NCBI GenBank assembly: GCA_965203175.1 | Contig: OZ241867.1 | Coordinates: forward strand, 6,208,001 to 6,272,000 | Source: Candidatus Latescibacterota bacterium | GTDB taxonomy: Bacteria; Latescibacterota; UBA2968; UBA8231 | DNA length: 64,000 nt | Reading direction: 5' to 3' | Part shown: positions 43,569 to 52,880 of the stretch, in pieces | Layout of the letters: every line of letters begins with the position of its first letter | How positions within the stretch are numbered: position 1 is the stretch's first letter | Made by a program: the position numbers and the translations under genes | Notes under the pieces: generated by a model | Told to the model about the DNA's origin: nothing | Database searches by the model: none | What the model saw: only the letters and a program-made list of their open reading frames with translations

Positions 43569-44477
43569 ATGCAGTATGAGATCTACTTCCGCACCAGCCG
43601 TGGAGGAATTGGCATTCCGTACGAGCTGGCGAAGACGGAGTTCTTGGCCGTCTACCACCGGTTTGGTCTAGAACTCAAGAAGGACCTGCGGGCACGGCAT
43701 CGGATGTCGATCGAACTGCCACTCATTCCCGATCAAGTCGCAGCACTCGCAGGCGACCTCGGGTTTACTGAAGCAATCGTCGGCCAACACTACGAGCCCT
43801 TCCGTGGAGAGGAGATCTCTGCCGTTCGGAGTGGACGGTGGCTTCTTGGTTGGATTCGCCTTGGTGACTACAAGGTGCACCAGACAGAGGTTTACGTTCA
43901 AGACAAGCAAGCGCTACTGGAGGATGCCCCGAGCAACCGCCAGTTCGAGATCGTCCAGAATGGAGACAGGCGTGTTGTGTCAGGACAGAACTGGCATCGA
44001 GCCGTGTCTATTCTAGATGCCCGGTTTCTGTACAACATTGCTGATCCAAAACCAACGGATGTCGTCTTGGATCCATTTGCCGGATTTGGCGGGCTCGCCC
44101 TTGAAGGGAGACGTCGGGGACTCACAGTCTTCGCATCCGACATCGATGATAGCCTGTCTCCAGGTCTCTCAGTGAACTTTCCGAACTCGTATGTAGTTGC
44201 CGATGCCAGCCATCTGCCAATACGAACCGACCACTTCGATCTGATCGTCACAGAACCGCCCTTCCGGAGTTCCTGCCGTCAGGCCGTCATGGACTCGTTG
44301 CCTGAGCTGTTGCGCGTCGTGAAGCACACGGGACAACTCATTCTACTAATTGCCATGGATATGTGCGATAGGATTCATGGGCAGTTCGAGCAGATGGGAG
44401 CGAAAGTCGATGTCGTCGGTATCATGCCCCGCGGAGCTCGACGGAAGTGTCCAGTATTGAAGATCACTCTCGGCTGA
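43569..44477 (+). CDS. SAM-dependent methyltransferase (Trm11/UPF0020-like amino-MTase)
   Basis: VLDPFAGFGG, SDID, ADA--LP, IVTEPPF. Confidence 0.75.
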   Translation: MQYEIYFRTSRGGIGIPYELAKTEFLAVYHRFGLELKKDLRARHRMSIELPLIPDQVAALAGDLGFTEAIVGQHYEPFRGEEISAVRSGRWLLGWIRLGDYKVHQTEVYVQDKQALLEDAPSNRQFEIVQNGDRRVVSGQNWHRAVSILDARFLYNIADPKPTDVVLDPFAGFGGLALEGRRRGLTVFASDIDDSLSPGLSVNFPNSYVVADASHLPIRTDHFDLIVTEPPFRSSCRQAVMDSLPELLRVVKHTGQLILLIAMDMCDRIHGQFEQMGAKVDVVGIMPRGARRKCPVLKITLG

Positions 44478-44700
44478 ATGATCCCGTTGCGGGTGGGATC
44501 GCGATGAGTAAACCAACCTAAAGTGAAGGGAAACATCAGATGCCTACACGCCACATCGAAGCAGTTACGATCAACCAAGACACATCTTGTTTCGTTGAGC
44601 TTTTGCGGAGGCGGAAAAGTGTACGACACGATGGGGCTGGCGACCCAAGTCATGAAGACTCATGGTCTCTAATTGGTACCAAGATTGGAACTGACACACC

Positions 44701-45675
44701 ATGGAACAGACCAGAATCGGCCTGATCGGAGTGGGACGTTTCTGTCCTAATTATCACATTCCGAATCTCATCCAGCGGAGGGACGTGGAGATCACAGCAG
44801 TCTGTGACATCTCGCAGGATCGTCTGGACAACCTGCCGGAGAGTCTGTGCGCAAGCCAGACCAGTCGGGATTACCGCGACCTGCTTGACCCCAATCTCGT
44901 GGACGGTGTCGTCGTCAGCACCCCAAATCAATATCACTATGAACAATGTAAGCTCGCGCTGGAAAGGCGCATACCCGTTCTCGTCGACAAGCCGACGACA
45001 GTCACAGTAGCACACGCCAAAGAATTGACCACTCTCAGCCAGTCACAAGAATGTCTATTAATGACAGCTTTCACGCGGCGTTTCATGGCGAGCACAGAGT
45101 ATGTACGCAGCCAGTTAGCCTCTAGTTCCGATGATATTCAGTACATGACGGCGGTTCAGCGCAGAGCCGGCGGTAACCTAGCAGACGGCGGTATGCTGCA
45201 TACGCGGACGGTACATATCCTTGATGTACTGCCCTGGCTCGTCGGACAGCGTATCGTGGCCGTCGCTGGGACCGTCGCCTATGAAGAGGCAGGTGGAGTT
45301 GAGGATTTTGTCGACGTGCGGCTGGATTTTTCTGGCGGATTGTGCGCGCACCTGCTGTGTATCAAAAACTGTGACGAATACGAGGATGAGGTCACGGTTT
45401 ACAGCGCACGAAAGAGCTTCCGCCTTGAACGCGACCTGCTTTTCACAATGGCGCAGCCCTCTGGATGGGAACCTGTCGACCCCCCCCCTCACCAAGGATC
45501 GTTGACGGGTTACTTCGTCGATGTGATCCAGGGGGAGAAGGTCATCGAGAGCGCGCCCGGTGTGGACCCGCACAGCCGCGACGGACTACAGGCTCTAAGA
45601 GTGGTCGAGGCGATTCACGAGGCAGGAAGGACCGGCAGGTTGGTTGCCGTACCTCTGTCGGAGAGCTCGAAATGA
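44701..45675 (+). CDS. Gfo/Idh/MocA family oxidoreductase
   Basis: GLIGVG, STPN--H, VDKP, RRF. Confidence 0.85.
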   Translation: MEQTRIGLIGVGRFCPNYHIPNLIQRRDVEITAVCDISQDRLDNLPESLCASQTSRDYRDLLDPNLVDGVVVSTPNQYHYEQCKLALERRIPVLVDKPTTVTVAHAKELTTLSQSQECLLMTAFTRRFMASTEYVRSQLASSSDDIQYMTAVQRRAGGNLADGGMLHTRTVHILDVLPWLVGQRIVAVAGTVAYEEAGGVEDFVDVRLDFSGGLCAHLLCIKNCDEYEDEVTVYSARKSFRLERDLLFTMAQPSGWEPVDPPPHQGSLTGYFVDVIQGEKVIESAPGVDPHSRDGLQALRVVEAIHEAGRTGRLVAVPLSESSK

Positions 45676-45797
45676 ATAAAACAGCCCAAAGATCGCGTTA
45701 AGGTGAGGGGGCTGCGTTGCGGCCGATTTCTGGTTTTGGGCGGTTTAAAGAGACCCTACATCCCCAGACAAGGTTTACAAAGCCGCGAGACATTAAT

Positions 45798-46847
45798 TCA
45801 GACGAGCGTCAAGTCGGCCCGATGGCCCTCTTCGAGAAAGGCGGTCAGCAGATCCACGGCTGCTTGCAAGTCGCCTTTGTCAACCAGCTCGACCGAAGTG
45901 TGAATGTAGCGCGTCGGCACTGAAATCGTCGCCACCGGCACACCGGACCGCACCCTTTGCATGGCCCCAGCGTCCGTGCCGCCGAGAGGGAGGATTTCCA
46001 ATTGGCACTTGATTTTTCTCTTCTTCGCCAGCCCTCTGAGTTGGGCCACCAAGCCCGGATGCGAGATCGCCGACGAGTCCAGCAGTTTGATCGCCGCACC
46101 CTGTCCCAGGCGCGTTACCTGCTCGTGCTCGGCTATCCCCGGAATATCGGCCGCCAGCGTCACGTCGAGAGCCACCCCTAGGTCTGGCTCAACTCCAAAC
46201 GCGCTTACTTGCGCACCCCGCAAGCCGACCTCCTCCTGCACGGTGGCCACCGCATAGGTCTCGCAACCAAAGGTCTTGGCCTGCTGCATGGCGCGGATCA
46301 TCACGTAGAGTGCGACGCGGTCGTCCATGGCCTTGCAAGAAACCCCGTCGCCGATCTCAGCGAAATCCCGCTGCAACGTCACCATCGCGCCAAGCTCGAC
46401 CTCGCGCCTGACTTTGGCTGGCGACAGGTAGAGATCGACGATAAAGTCGCTGATGGCCAGCTTGGCGTTGCGGTCGGCCTCCGTCTGGATGTGCGGCGGT
46501 TTGATACCTGGGTAGAGCAGGCCCGGCAGATCGCGCTTCTTGCCCCTGACGACGACCCTTTGGGCCACCATATTGCGCGGGTCGTGCCCGCCTAGGGGCA
46601 CTAGGCGCAAAAGGCCCCGCTCGTCGATGTGCGAAACCACGAAACCGATCTCGTCCATGTGCGCGGCGATCATCAGCTTCTTGGCCTTTTTTCCCTTGCT
46701 CGCCTTCTTCACGGCGATCAGATTGCCCAAGGCATCCACCCGCATCTCGTCGGTCAGGGGCGCAAGCTCCCGCCGCACGATCTCGCGCAGCCGATCCTCC
46801 CGGCCGGGAACCCCCGCGCTTTCACATAGCTCTTTGAGCAGCTTCAC
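45798..46847 (-). CDS. M42 family metallopeptidase
   Basis: AAHMDEIG, KAMDDR, QEEVGLRGA, GGTDAG, RYIH; GTG start after AAGGAG. Confidence 0.92.
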   Translation of the reverse strand: MKLLKELCESAGVPGREDRLREIVRRELAPLTDEMRVDALGNLIAVKKASKGKKAKKLMIAAHMDEIGFVVSHIDERGLLRLVPLGGHDPRNMVAQRVVVRGKKRDLPGLLYPGIKPPHIQTEADRNAKLAISDFIVDLYLSPAKVRREVELGAMVTLQRDFAEIGDGVSCKAMDDRVALYVMIRAMQQAKTFGCETYAVATVQEEVGLRGAQVSAFGVEPDLGVALDVTLAADIPGIAEHEQVTRLGQGAAIKLLDSSAISHPGLVAQLRGLAKKRKIKCQLEILPLGGTDAGAMQRVRSGVPVATISVPTRYIHTSVELVDKGDLQAAVDLLTAFLEEGHRADLTLV

Positions 46848-46863
46848 TTGGTACTCCTTATAA

Positions 46864-47415
46864 TCAGGGCTTGACGAGTCTGAAGGACGAAAAAAATCGC
46901 TCGATATCCGAGGTGTCGTCAAACGCGTAGGGTGCTCCGACCGCCATCAAGCTGTAGAGCCGCTGGCCCACCTGTAGGCTCTGCAACCGCAACAGGCTTT
47001 CGTCGGCAGCTTGTATCTGCGTCTGCCGTGTGGGATGCCCGTCCATCTCAACGGCGGTCTCTGACAGGATTGTTCCCTCCACCTTCTGCAAGATGGCATC
47101 TCGACGCGCAGCAATCGCACTATCAGCTTGGACGGCCTCGGGCACATCCCCGTAGGCAATGGCGTATTGCACGTCGGCGCGCTCAAACATCAGGTATTGG
47201 AACTCTACCTCGCCAAAGGACAACGGCTCGCGCAGCTTGCGCAGATTGGGCCGGCCGGCCGTCTGCACTGTGAAGGCCCCCGGCTCATAGGTTCGCTCCT
47301 CCCATTCCGGCGCGCCGCGCACCCAATTGACGACATTGTAGGCGGCAATAGCCCCTAGGACGACGAAGAAGAGCTTGACGGACAATAGGTCCGTTTTTTT
47401 AGGCGCTTGGCCCAT
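46864..47415 (-). CDS. Hypothetical membrane-anchored protein
   Basis: N-terminal TM helix; C-terminal RFFSSFRL (PsbP/Mog1-like fold possible). Confidence 0.65.
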   Translation of the reverse strand: MGQAPKKTDLLSVKLFFVVLGAIAAYNVVNWVRGAPEWEERTYEPGAFTVQTAGRPNLRKLREPLSFGEVEFQYLMFERADVQYAIAYGDVPEAVQADSAIAARRDAILQKVEGTILSETAVEMDGHPTRQTQIQAADESLLRLQSLQVGQRLYSLMAVGAPYAFDDTSDIERFFSSFRLVKP

Positions 47416-47419
47416 TAGC

Positions 47420-48238
47420 TCAGGCCAGCCCCAACTTCTCTTCGGCGCTGTCTACGGGGATATAGCCCAAGACCTGGCGCGGATGGTCGATATCGACCCA
47501 GCGCCAGCGATTGTTGGACACTCCGTAAAAAATATCAAAGCGCAAGTCCGCGGGAGCTTCTATTGCGCGCTGCACGAGTTGCACTACGTCGCGCTGGCTG
47601 CACCAGATGGGGGCCCCCCGCTCGTCGCGCGGGTGGTCCTCGGCATTGACCCAGCCGATGCGCAGGCAGGGCACCGACATATTGTGTACGTCGGCGTAGT
47701 AGCGCGCTAGTGCTTCGCCCCAAATCTTGGTCGCCGGATAGAGGCCGGTCGGCCGATGCGGCCATTCGTGCGTCACGATCTGTACCTGACCGGTATCGAT
47801 CGCGTCAAAGCGCCCTTCGGAGATGGCCTTGTACGGGTCCTCCTGCTGGTAGCCCCAAGACACCATGATCGAGCTGGCGAAGACCACGCGCCCGACGCCA
47901 GCACGGCGCGCAGTCTCCAGCACATTGCGCGGCCCGACGATATTGCTGCCAAGCAGGCTCTCCCAACTAGCATCCGGCCGCGGGTCGGCCGCCAGTTGCA
48001 CGACCACGTCCATACCCTCGACGGCCTTTGCTATCGCGTTGTAGTCGGTCAGGTCTGCGAGGATGAATTTCTCTTCGGAAATTCCCAAATCTGCGTCTTT
48101 GGGTGTCCGCTCCGAAAGCTGGGACCGCCGCGCCAAGCCATAGAGGTCATAGCGATCAGGTTGGGTGCGCAAATGCCGATACACAGCTCCGGCGATCAAT
48201 CCGCAAACGCCGGTAATTAAGACTTTCTTGGGGGCCAT
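47420..48238 (-). CDS. NAD-dependent epimerase/dehydratase (uronate dehydrogenase-like SDR)
   Basis: ITGVCGLIA, FASS, YPATK (YxxxK), LRIG. Confidence 0.85.
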   Translation of the reverse strand: MAPKKVLITGVCGLIAGAVYRHLRTQPDRYDLYGLARRSQLSERTPKDADLGISEEKFILADLTDYNAIAKAVEGMDVVVQLAADPRPDASWESLLGSNIVGPRNVLETARRAGVGRVVFASSIMVSWGYQQEDPYKAISEGRFDAIDTGQVQIVTHEWPHRPTGLYPATKIWGEALARYYADVHNMSVPCLRIGWVNAEDHPRDERGAPIWCSQRDVVQLVQRAIEAPADLRFDIFYGVSNNRWRWVDIDHPRQVLGYIPVDSAEEKLGLA

Positions 48239-48258
48239 GGCTCCTCTTCTCCTCTATA

Positions 48259-48804
48259 TCATCCAATGGCGGCGATGTGGCGCAGGGCGCGGTAGCGCTG
48301 GTCGCAATCCATGCCGTAGCCAACGACGAACGTGTCTGCAATTTCAAAACCACAGTAATCTATCGGCACTGGAAACTCCCTGCGGGCAGATTTGTTGAGC
48401 AACGTACACGCTCTGAGCGAAAGAGGTCGCCGCGACTCTATCATGGTCATCACAAAATCTAGAGATCGGCCGGTATCGACAATGCCATCGACGACGAGTA
48501 CGTCCCGTCCGGTCACGGCGACAACGAGGTCTTTGGTCAGCTCGATCCGACCGGTGTTTTCCGTGCCCTGATAGCTCGAAACACCGACGAAGTCGTAGTC
48601 CAACCGCGCCAACAGCTCCTCAGGCAAGCGGTCCATCAGGGCCATCATAAACTGTACGGCTCCGTTGAGGAGGCCGATAAATAAGGGGGCTGACCCAGCG
48701 TAGTCATCGGCTATCATCCGAGCCAACTCGCCGATGCGCTGCTCCACTTGCTGGCGCTCAATTAGCACTCTTAAGGCGGGAGTGTCCAACGGACTGCGAG
48801 GCAT
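48259..48804 (-). CDS. hpt: Hypoxanthine phosphoribosyltransferase
   Basis: GLLNGA, VSSY, VLVVDGIVDTG, FVVGYGMD--YR-L. Confidence 0.9.
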   Translation of the reverse strand: MPRSPLDTPALRVLIERQQVEQRIGELARMIADDYAGSAPLFIGLLNGAVQFMMALMDRLPEELLARLDYDFVGVSSYQGTENTGRIELTKDLVVAVTGRDVLVVDGIVDTGRSLDFVMTMIESRRPLSLRACTLLNKSARREFPVPIDYCGFEIADTFVVGYGMDCDQRYRALRHIAAIG

Positions 48805-48840
48805 GCCCTTGATTATACGGCTTATGGGCTATTCTTTGCA

Positions 48841-48873
48841 AACGAAAGGCGCCGGAGCAAAAACTCCGACGCC
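48841..48873 (-). terminator. Possible intrinsic terminator
   Basis: GGCG-CGGAG / CTCCG-CGCC hairpin with a short T-run on the minus strand. Confidence 0.45.
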
Positions 48874-48914
48874 CATGTTGGCCCACCCTAAAGGCGGGCT
48901 GTGTCGCGGCTTGG

Positions 48915-49178
48915 TCAGGCAGCTTGACGGGTGTTGTGCAGCACTTCCCGTTTCCGGTCTAAGAGCGCCTCGGCGGGGATGCTGGGTTGCTCGGGCACCT
49001 TCAGGGCTGCCGCCGCAGCCAAGGCACTCAGTTCGTCGACGCTGGACAGGTCGAGCTCGCCGCGCTGATAGGCGGCATCGATGTGCTCGCACAACAACTC
49101 TAAGTCGGCCCAAGATCGGGCTTGCCCAATACGCGCCTGCAAGGGGATGGCCGCGGGGCTTAGTCTGGCAGTCTGCAT
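48915..49178 (-). CDS. Small hypothetical protein downstream of recA
   Basis: 87 aa ORF with strong AAGGAGGT RBS. Confidence 0.65.
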   Translation of the reverse strand: MQTARLSPAAIPLQARIGQARSWADLELLCEHIDAAYQRGELDLSSVDELSALAAAAALKVPEQPSIPAEALLDRKREVLHNTRQAA

Positions 49179-49290
49179 AATTACCTCCTTGGGGGAGTTA
49201 AGGAGTACGCGCGGGTGCGAGGCGCTCCGGCCGCCTTGGCGTGGGGGCTCCAGAGCAGCCTTGGCACCTCGACCCGCGAGAGCGCAGAGG

Positions 49291-50373
49291 CTAAGCCAGT
49301 TCGGCCTCTGCTTCTTCGTGTTCAGGCACTTCTGCGACCTGCATGTTGAGGGCTTGGCGCACCTCGGTCTCTAGGCGCGTGCGGACCTCGTAGTTGTCGC
49401 GGAGGAAGATGCGCGCGTTCTCGCGCCCCTGACCCAGCCGCTCGTCGCCGTAGGAAAACCAAGTGCCGCTTTTGGCGACGAAACCGCTGTCAACGCCCAA
49501 GTCGAGCAGATCACCCTCGTGCGATATGCCTACGTCGTCGCCGCGGAACATGATGTCGAACTCGGCCTCGCGGAAGGGCGGGGCGACCTTGTTCTTGACG
49601 ACCTTGACGCGGGTGCGCCGGCCGATGATCTCGTCGCCGTCCTTGATCGCGCCAATGCCGCGGATGTCGAGGCGAACCGAGGAATAGAAGTTTAGGGCGC
49701 GACCGCCGGTGGTGGTCTCGGGGCTGCCAAACATCACGCCGATTTTCATCCGCAACTGGTTGATAAAAATCACCGTGGTCCCGGACTTCTGCGACGATCC
49801 GGTGAGCTTGCGCAGGGCTTGGGACATCAGCCGCGCTTGCAAGCCTACATGGGAGTCTCCCATATCGCCTTCGAGCTCGGCCTTGGGCACGAGCGCAGCT
49901 ACCGAATCGATCACCACGAGGTCGAGGGCACCGCTGCGCACCAGCGTATCCGTGATCTCTAGGGCTTCTTCGCCCGAATCCGGCTGCGAGACGAGCAAAT
50001 TGTCGATATCAACGCCCAGCCGACGGGCAAAATTCACGTCGAGCGCGTGTTCGGCGTCGATGAAAGCCGCGGTGCCGGTCTTTTGCGCCTGGGAGACGAT
50101 GTGCAATGCCAGCATGGTCTTACCCGCGGCTTCAGGCCCGAAAAGCTCGATGACTCGACCCCTGGGCACCCCGCCGACCCCAAGGGCCGCGTCTAGTGAA
50201 ATGGCACCCGTGGAAATGACGTCGACGTCCATTGCAGCTGACTCACCTAACCGCATGATGGCCCCTTTGCCAAACTGCCGTTCGATCTGAGCGAGCGCCA
50301 AGCCGATCGCCTTGTCCTTGTCCTCGCCCAAGGGCTTGCCGTTAGCACTGGCCCTGTCTTTGCCTGCTATCAT
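49291..50373 (-). CDS. recA: Recombinase RecA
   Basis: [39 protein letters not shown]. Confidence 0.98.
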   Translation of the reverse strand: MIAGKDRASANGKPLGEDKDKAIGLALAQIERQFGKGAIMRLGESAAMDVDVISTGAISLDAALGVGGVPRGRVIELFGPEAAGKTMLALHIVSQAQKTGTAAFIDAEHALDVNFARRLGVDIDNLLVSQPDSGEEALEITDTLVRSGALDLVVIDSVAALVPKAELEGDMGDSHVGLQARLMSQALRKLTGSSQKSGTTVIFINQLRMKIGVMFGSPETTTGGRALNFYSSVRLDIRGIGAIKDGDEIIGRRTRVKVVKNKVAPPFREAEFDIMFRGDDVGISHEGDLLDLGVDSGFVAKSGTWFSYGDERLGQGRENARIFLRDNYEVRTRLETEVRQALNMQVAEVPEHEEAEAELA

Positions 50374-50417
50374 GATTTCCTCCTCGCGCGTTCTATAGAG
50401 ACGTTCATTAACACCGC

Positions 50418-50458
50418 CACCTGAACAAAAAAATAGTGAATCAATGTTCAGGTGTCAA
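50418..50458 (-). promoter_or_regulatory. recA promoter with candidate operator
   Basis: TTGACA-17-TATTTT; GAAC-N4-ATTC between the boxes; inverted repeat CACCTGAACA-N17-TGTTCAGGTG. Confidence 0.65.
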
Positions 50459-50630
50459 GCATTTTTTAATTGAAGCGGATTAAGCTGCCTTACCCGTTTA
50501 TAACAAATGCCGTGCCAAGCGGAAAGAATCTGCACAATTTATTGTTTAATAATAGGTTAGAAGAGCGAAAGGGATACTGCGAAAAGCAGAAATTGGCAAC
50601 TGCGGGAAACAGCTCTGTGAAGAAAAGGGG

Positions 50631-52004
50631 CTAGCCTGAGCCAAGTGCGAGGGCTTCGACCGCCTCCATCCCCCCTACCCCGACCACCTCCATCCCCTCC
50701 GGCCGCTTCCACCCCTGCAGGTTGCTCCGCGCCACCAAACACCGTTCAAACCCCAAACTCCGCGCCTCGGCCACCCGCCGGTCAATCTGGTTCACCGGCC
50801 GGATCTCTCCCCCCAACCCGATCTCGCCAATGGCCACGGTCTGCGCTTCGATGGGCTTGTTGCGGAAGCTCGAGACAATCGCCATCCCCACCCCCATATC
50901 CACCGCCGGCTCGTCGAGGCGAATGCCCCCTACGACATTGACGAAAATATCCTCGCTCGACAGGTCGTGGCCGCAGCGCTTTTCGAGCACCGCGATAATA
51001 ATCGAGAGCCGCTTGGCGTCGATGCCGGTGGCAACCCGCTGCGGATAACCAAAACTGGAGCGCGAGACGAGAGCCTGAATTTCGATCAGGAGCGGCCGCG
51101 TACCCTCCATGCTACAGACAATGGCCGAACCCGACACGCCCTCGGCGCGCTCGGCCAACAGAATTTTGGAGGGGTTGGCGACCTCGATCAGCCCTTGGTC
51201 CCGCATCTCAAAAATCCCAATCTCGTTGGTCGAACCAAAGCGATTTTTGGCGGCGCGCAGGATGCGGAAGTGGTGGTGCCGCTCACCCTCTAAATAGAGC
51301 ACGGTATCGACCAAGTGCTCCAGTACCCGCGGCCCAGCGACCGTGCCCTCTTTCGTCACATGCCCCACCAAAAACGTGGGAATGCCGCTCTCTTTGGCCA
51401 GATAGACGAGCCGCGCCGCGCATTCGCGCACTTGGGTCACGCTGCCGGGCGCGCTCTCCAGCTCGGGCATGTAAATGGTCTGGATCGAGTCGATAATGAT
51501 GGCCAGCGGGCTAGCAGATTGCAGCTGGTCGAGAATAGCTGTAAGGCTGGTCTCGGCCATCACGTGCAGGCTTTCGCACAACGCGCCTAAGCGCCCGGCG
51601 CGCAGGCGAATCTGCGCGGCCGATTCCTCGGCGGAAATGTACGCGATGCGAAAATCAGAGGCCGCTAGCTGTCCGGCCATCTGCAACAGGAGCGTCGATT
51701 TGCCAATGCCGGGATCGCCGCCGACTAAGACGACTGAACCGGGCATGATGCCACCGCCCAAAACCCGGTCAAACTCGGAGGTGCCGATTTGCAGCCGCTC
51801 GTGGTCTTGGTCATCAACTTGCGTAATGGGCTGCAATTGGGAGCGGGGCGATACCGTTAGATGTTCGCGCCGGCTGTCGGTTGCTTGGGGCCGTTCTTCG
51901 ACGCAGGTGTTCCACTCGCCGCAGGCCACGCAGCGCCCAAACCAGCGCGCAGCACTGTGGCCGCAGGACTGACAGACGTAAGCGGAACGATTCTTTTTGG
52001 CCAT
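50631..52004 (-). CDS. radA: DNA repair protein RadA/Sms
   Basis: N-terminal C4 zinc finger, GDPGIGKST, KNRFG. Confidence 0.97.
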   Translation of the reverse strand: MAKKNRSAYVCQSCGHSAARWFGRCVACGEWNTCVEERPQATDSRREHLTVSPRSQLQPITQVDDQDHERLQIGTSEFDRVLGGGIMPGSVVLVGGDPGIGKSTLLLQMAGQLAASDFRIAYISAEESAAQIRLRAGRLGALCESLHVMAETSLTAILDQLQSASPLAIIIDSIQTIYMPELESAPGSVTQVRECAARLVYLAKESGIPTFLVGHVTKEGTVAGPRVLEHLVDTVLYLEGERHHHFRILRAAKNRFGSTNEIGIFEMRDQGLIEVANPSKILLAERAEGVSGSAIVCSMEGTRPLLIEIQALVSRSSFGYPQRVATGIDAKRLSIIIAVLEKRCGHDLSSEDIFVNVVGGIRLDEPAVDMGVGMAIVSSFRNKPIEAQTVAIGEIGLGGEIRPVNQIDRRVAEARSLGFERCLVARSNLQGWKRPEGMEVVGVGGMEAVEALALGSG

Positions 52005-52007
52005 GCC

Positions 52008-52880
52008 TCAATTCGTCTGAGTAGTCGCACGTGCGACAACGACTCGGGGAATCTGGTTTAAGTCCGATCTTATCTGAACCTCAGTCAAGCGTGCAGACCG
52101 CGCAAGTAGGCCCTCCACGGCCGCGCTTTGGCCCTCTCCTACTTCTAGTAGTAGATAGCCTCCAGGGCGAATAAAGTCCGCTGCCTCCTGCGCGATGCGG
52201 CGGTAATACGCCAAACCGTCTTCGCCCCCATCTAGCGCGAGATGAGGCTCGTAATCGCGTACTTCCGGTGCCAGTTGCGCCAAGTCGCTGCGGCGCACAT
52301 ACGGCGGGTTGGCCGCGACGAGGTCAAAAGGCTCGGTGCCGCGGAGAGGCGTAAACAGATCGCCGCAGTGCCACTCGACGCGCTCGGCTAGTCCGCAGCA
52401 CTGGCCGTTAGCCTTCGCTACTTCTAACGCTGCGGCCGATACGTCGGCCGCCACCACTTCGGCCGCAGCCGCCTCTTGGGCCAGCGACAGGGCGACCGCA
52501 CCTGAGCCGCAACACAGGTCGAGAATTCGGCCACCTGCGGGCAAAAGCTCCAAGGCCACATCGACGAGTACTTCGGTCTCAGGGCGCGGGATCAACACCG
52601 CAGGCGTCACGGTCAACTCTAGATGACGAAAGGCGGCCACGCCCGTAATGTACTGCACGGGCACGCGCTGCAATCGCTGACGCACGTATTCCCGATAGCG
52701 GTCCACTTCACTGCTGTGCAAGGGGCGTTCAAATTGCAGGTAGAGATCGAGGCGTTTGACGCCGAGCACTGCGGCTAGCAGCAACTCTGCTTGCAGGCGG
52801 GCGTTTTCCAACCCCTTTGACGCGAAGAAACGGCTCGTGTTTTCGAGGATATCGAGCAGCCGCCAAGAGCGTCCGCTCAT
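52008..52880 (-). CDS. prmC: Release factor glutamine methyltransferase
   Basis: LIPRPETE, DLCCGSG, NPPY, ALDGGEDGL. Confidence 0.95.
   Translation of the reverse strand: MSGRSWRLLDILENTSRFFASKGLENARLQAELLLAAVLGVKRLDLYLQFERPLHSSEVDRYREYVRQRLQRVPVQYITGVAAFRHLELTVTPAVLIPRPETEVLVDVALELLPAGGRILDLCCGSGAVALSLAQEAAAAEVVAADVSAAALEVAKANGQCCGLAERVEWHCGDLFTPLRGTEPFDLVAANPPYVRRSDLAQLAPEVRDYEPHLALDGGEDGLAYYRRIAQEAADFIRPGGYLLLEVGEGQSAAVEGLLARSARLTEVQIRSDLNQIPRVVVARATTQTN

Larger units (their letters stand above)
19100..45700 (+). mobile_element. Integron gene-cassette array lacking an integrase (CALIN-like island)
   Basis: About 25 co-oriented genes, 11 complete and 4 partial attC-like sites, mostly lower GC than the flanks by eye, located behind a tRNA; no tyrosine recombinase ORF; boundaries approximate. 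Confidence 0.85.

Noticed and set aside
19100-45700. CRISPR array or prophage explanation for the island
   Set aside because: The repeats are variable-length palindromes separated by whole genes. No cas, phage structural or integrase genes are present.
45676-45797. attR direct repeat of the tRNA-Val 3' end at the right border
   Set aside because: No TCGCCCACCA-like sequence was found.
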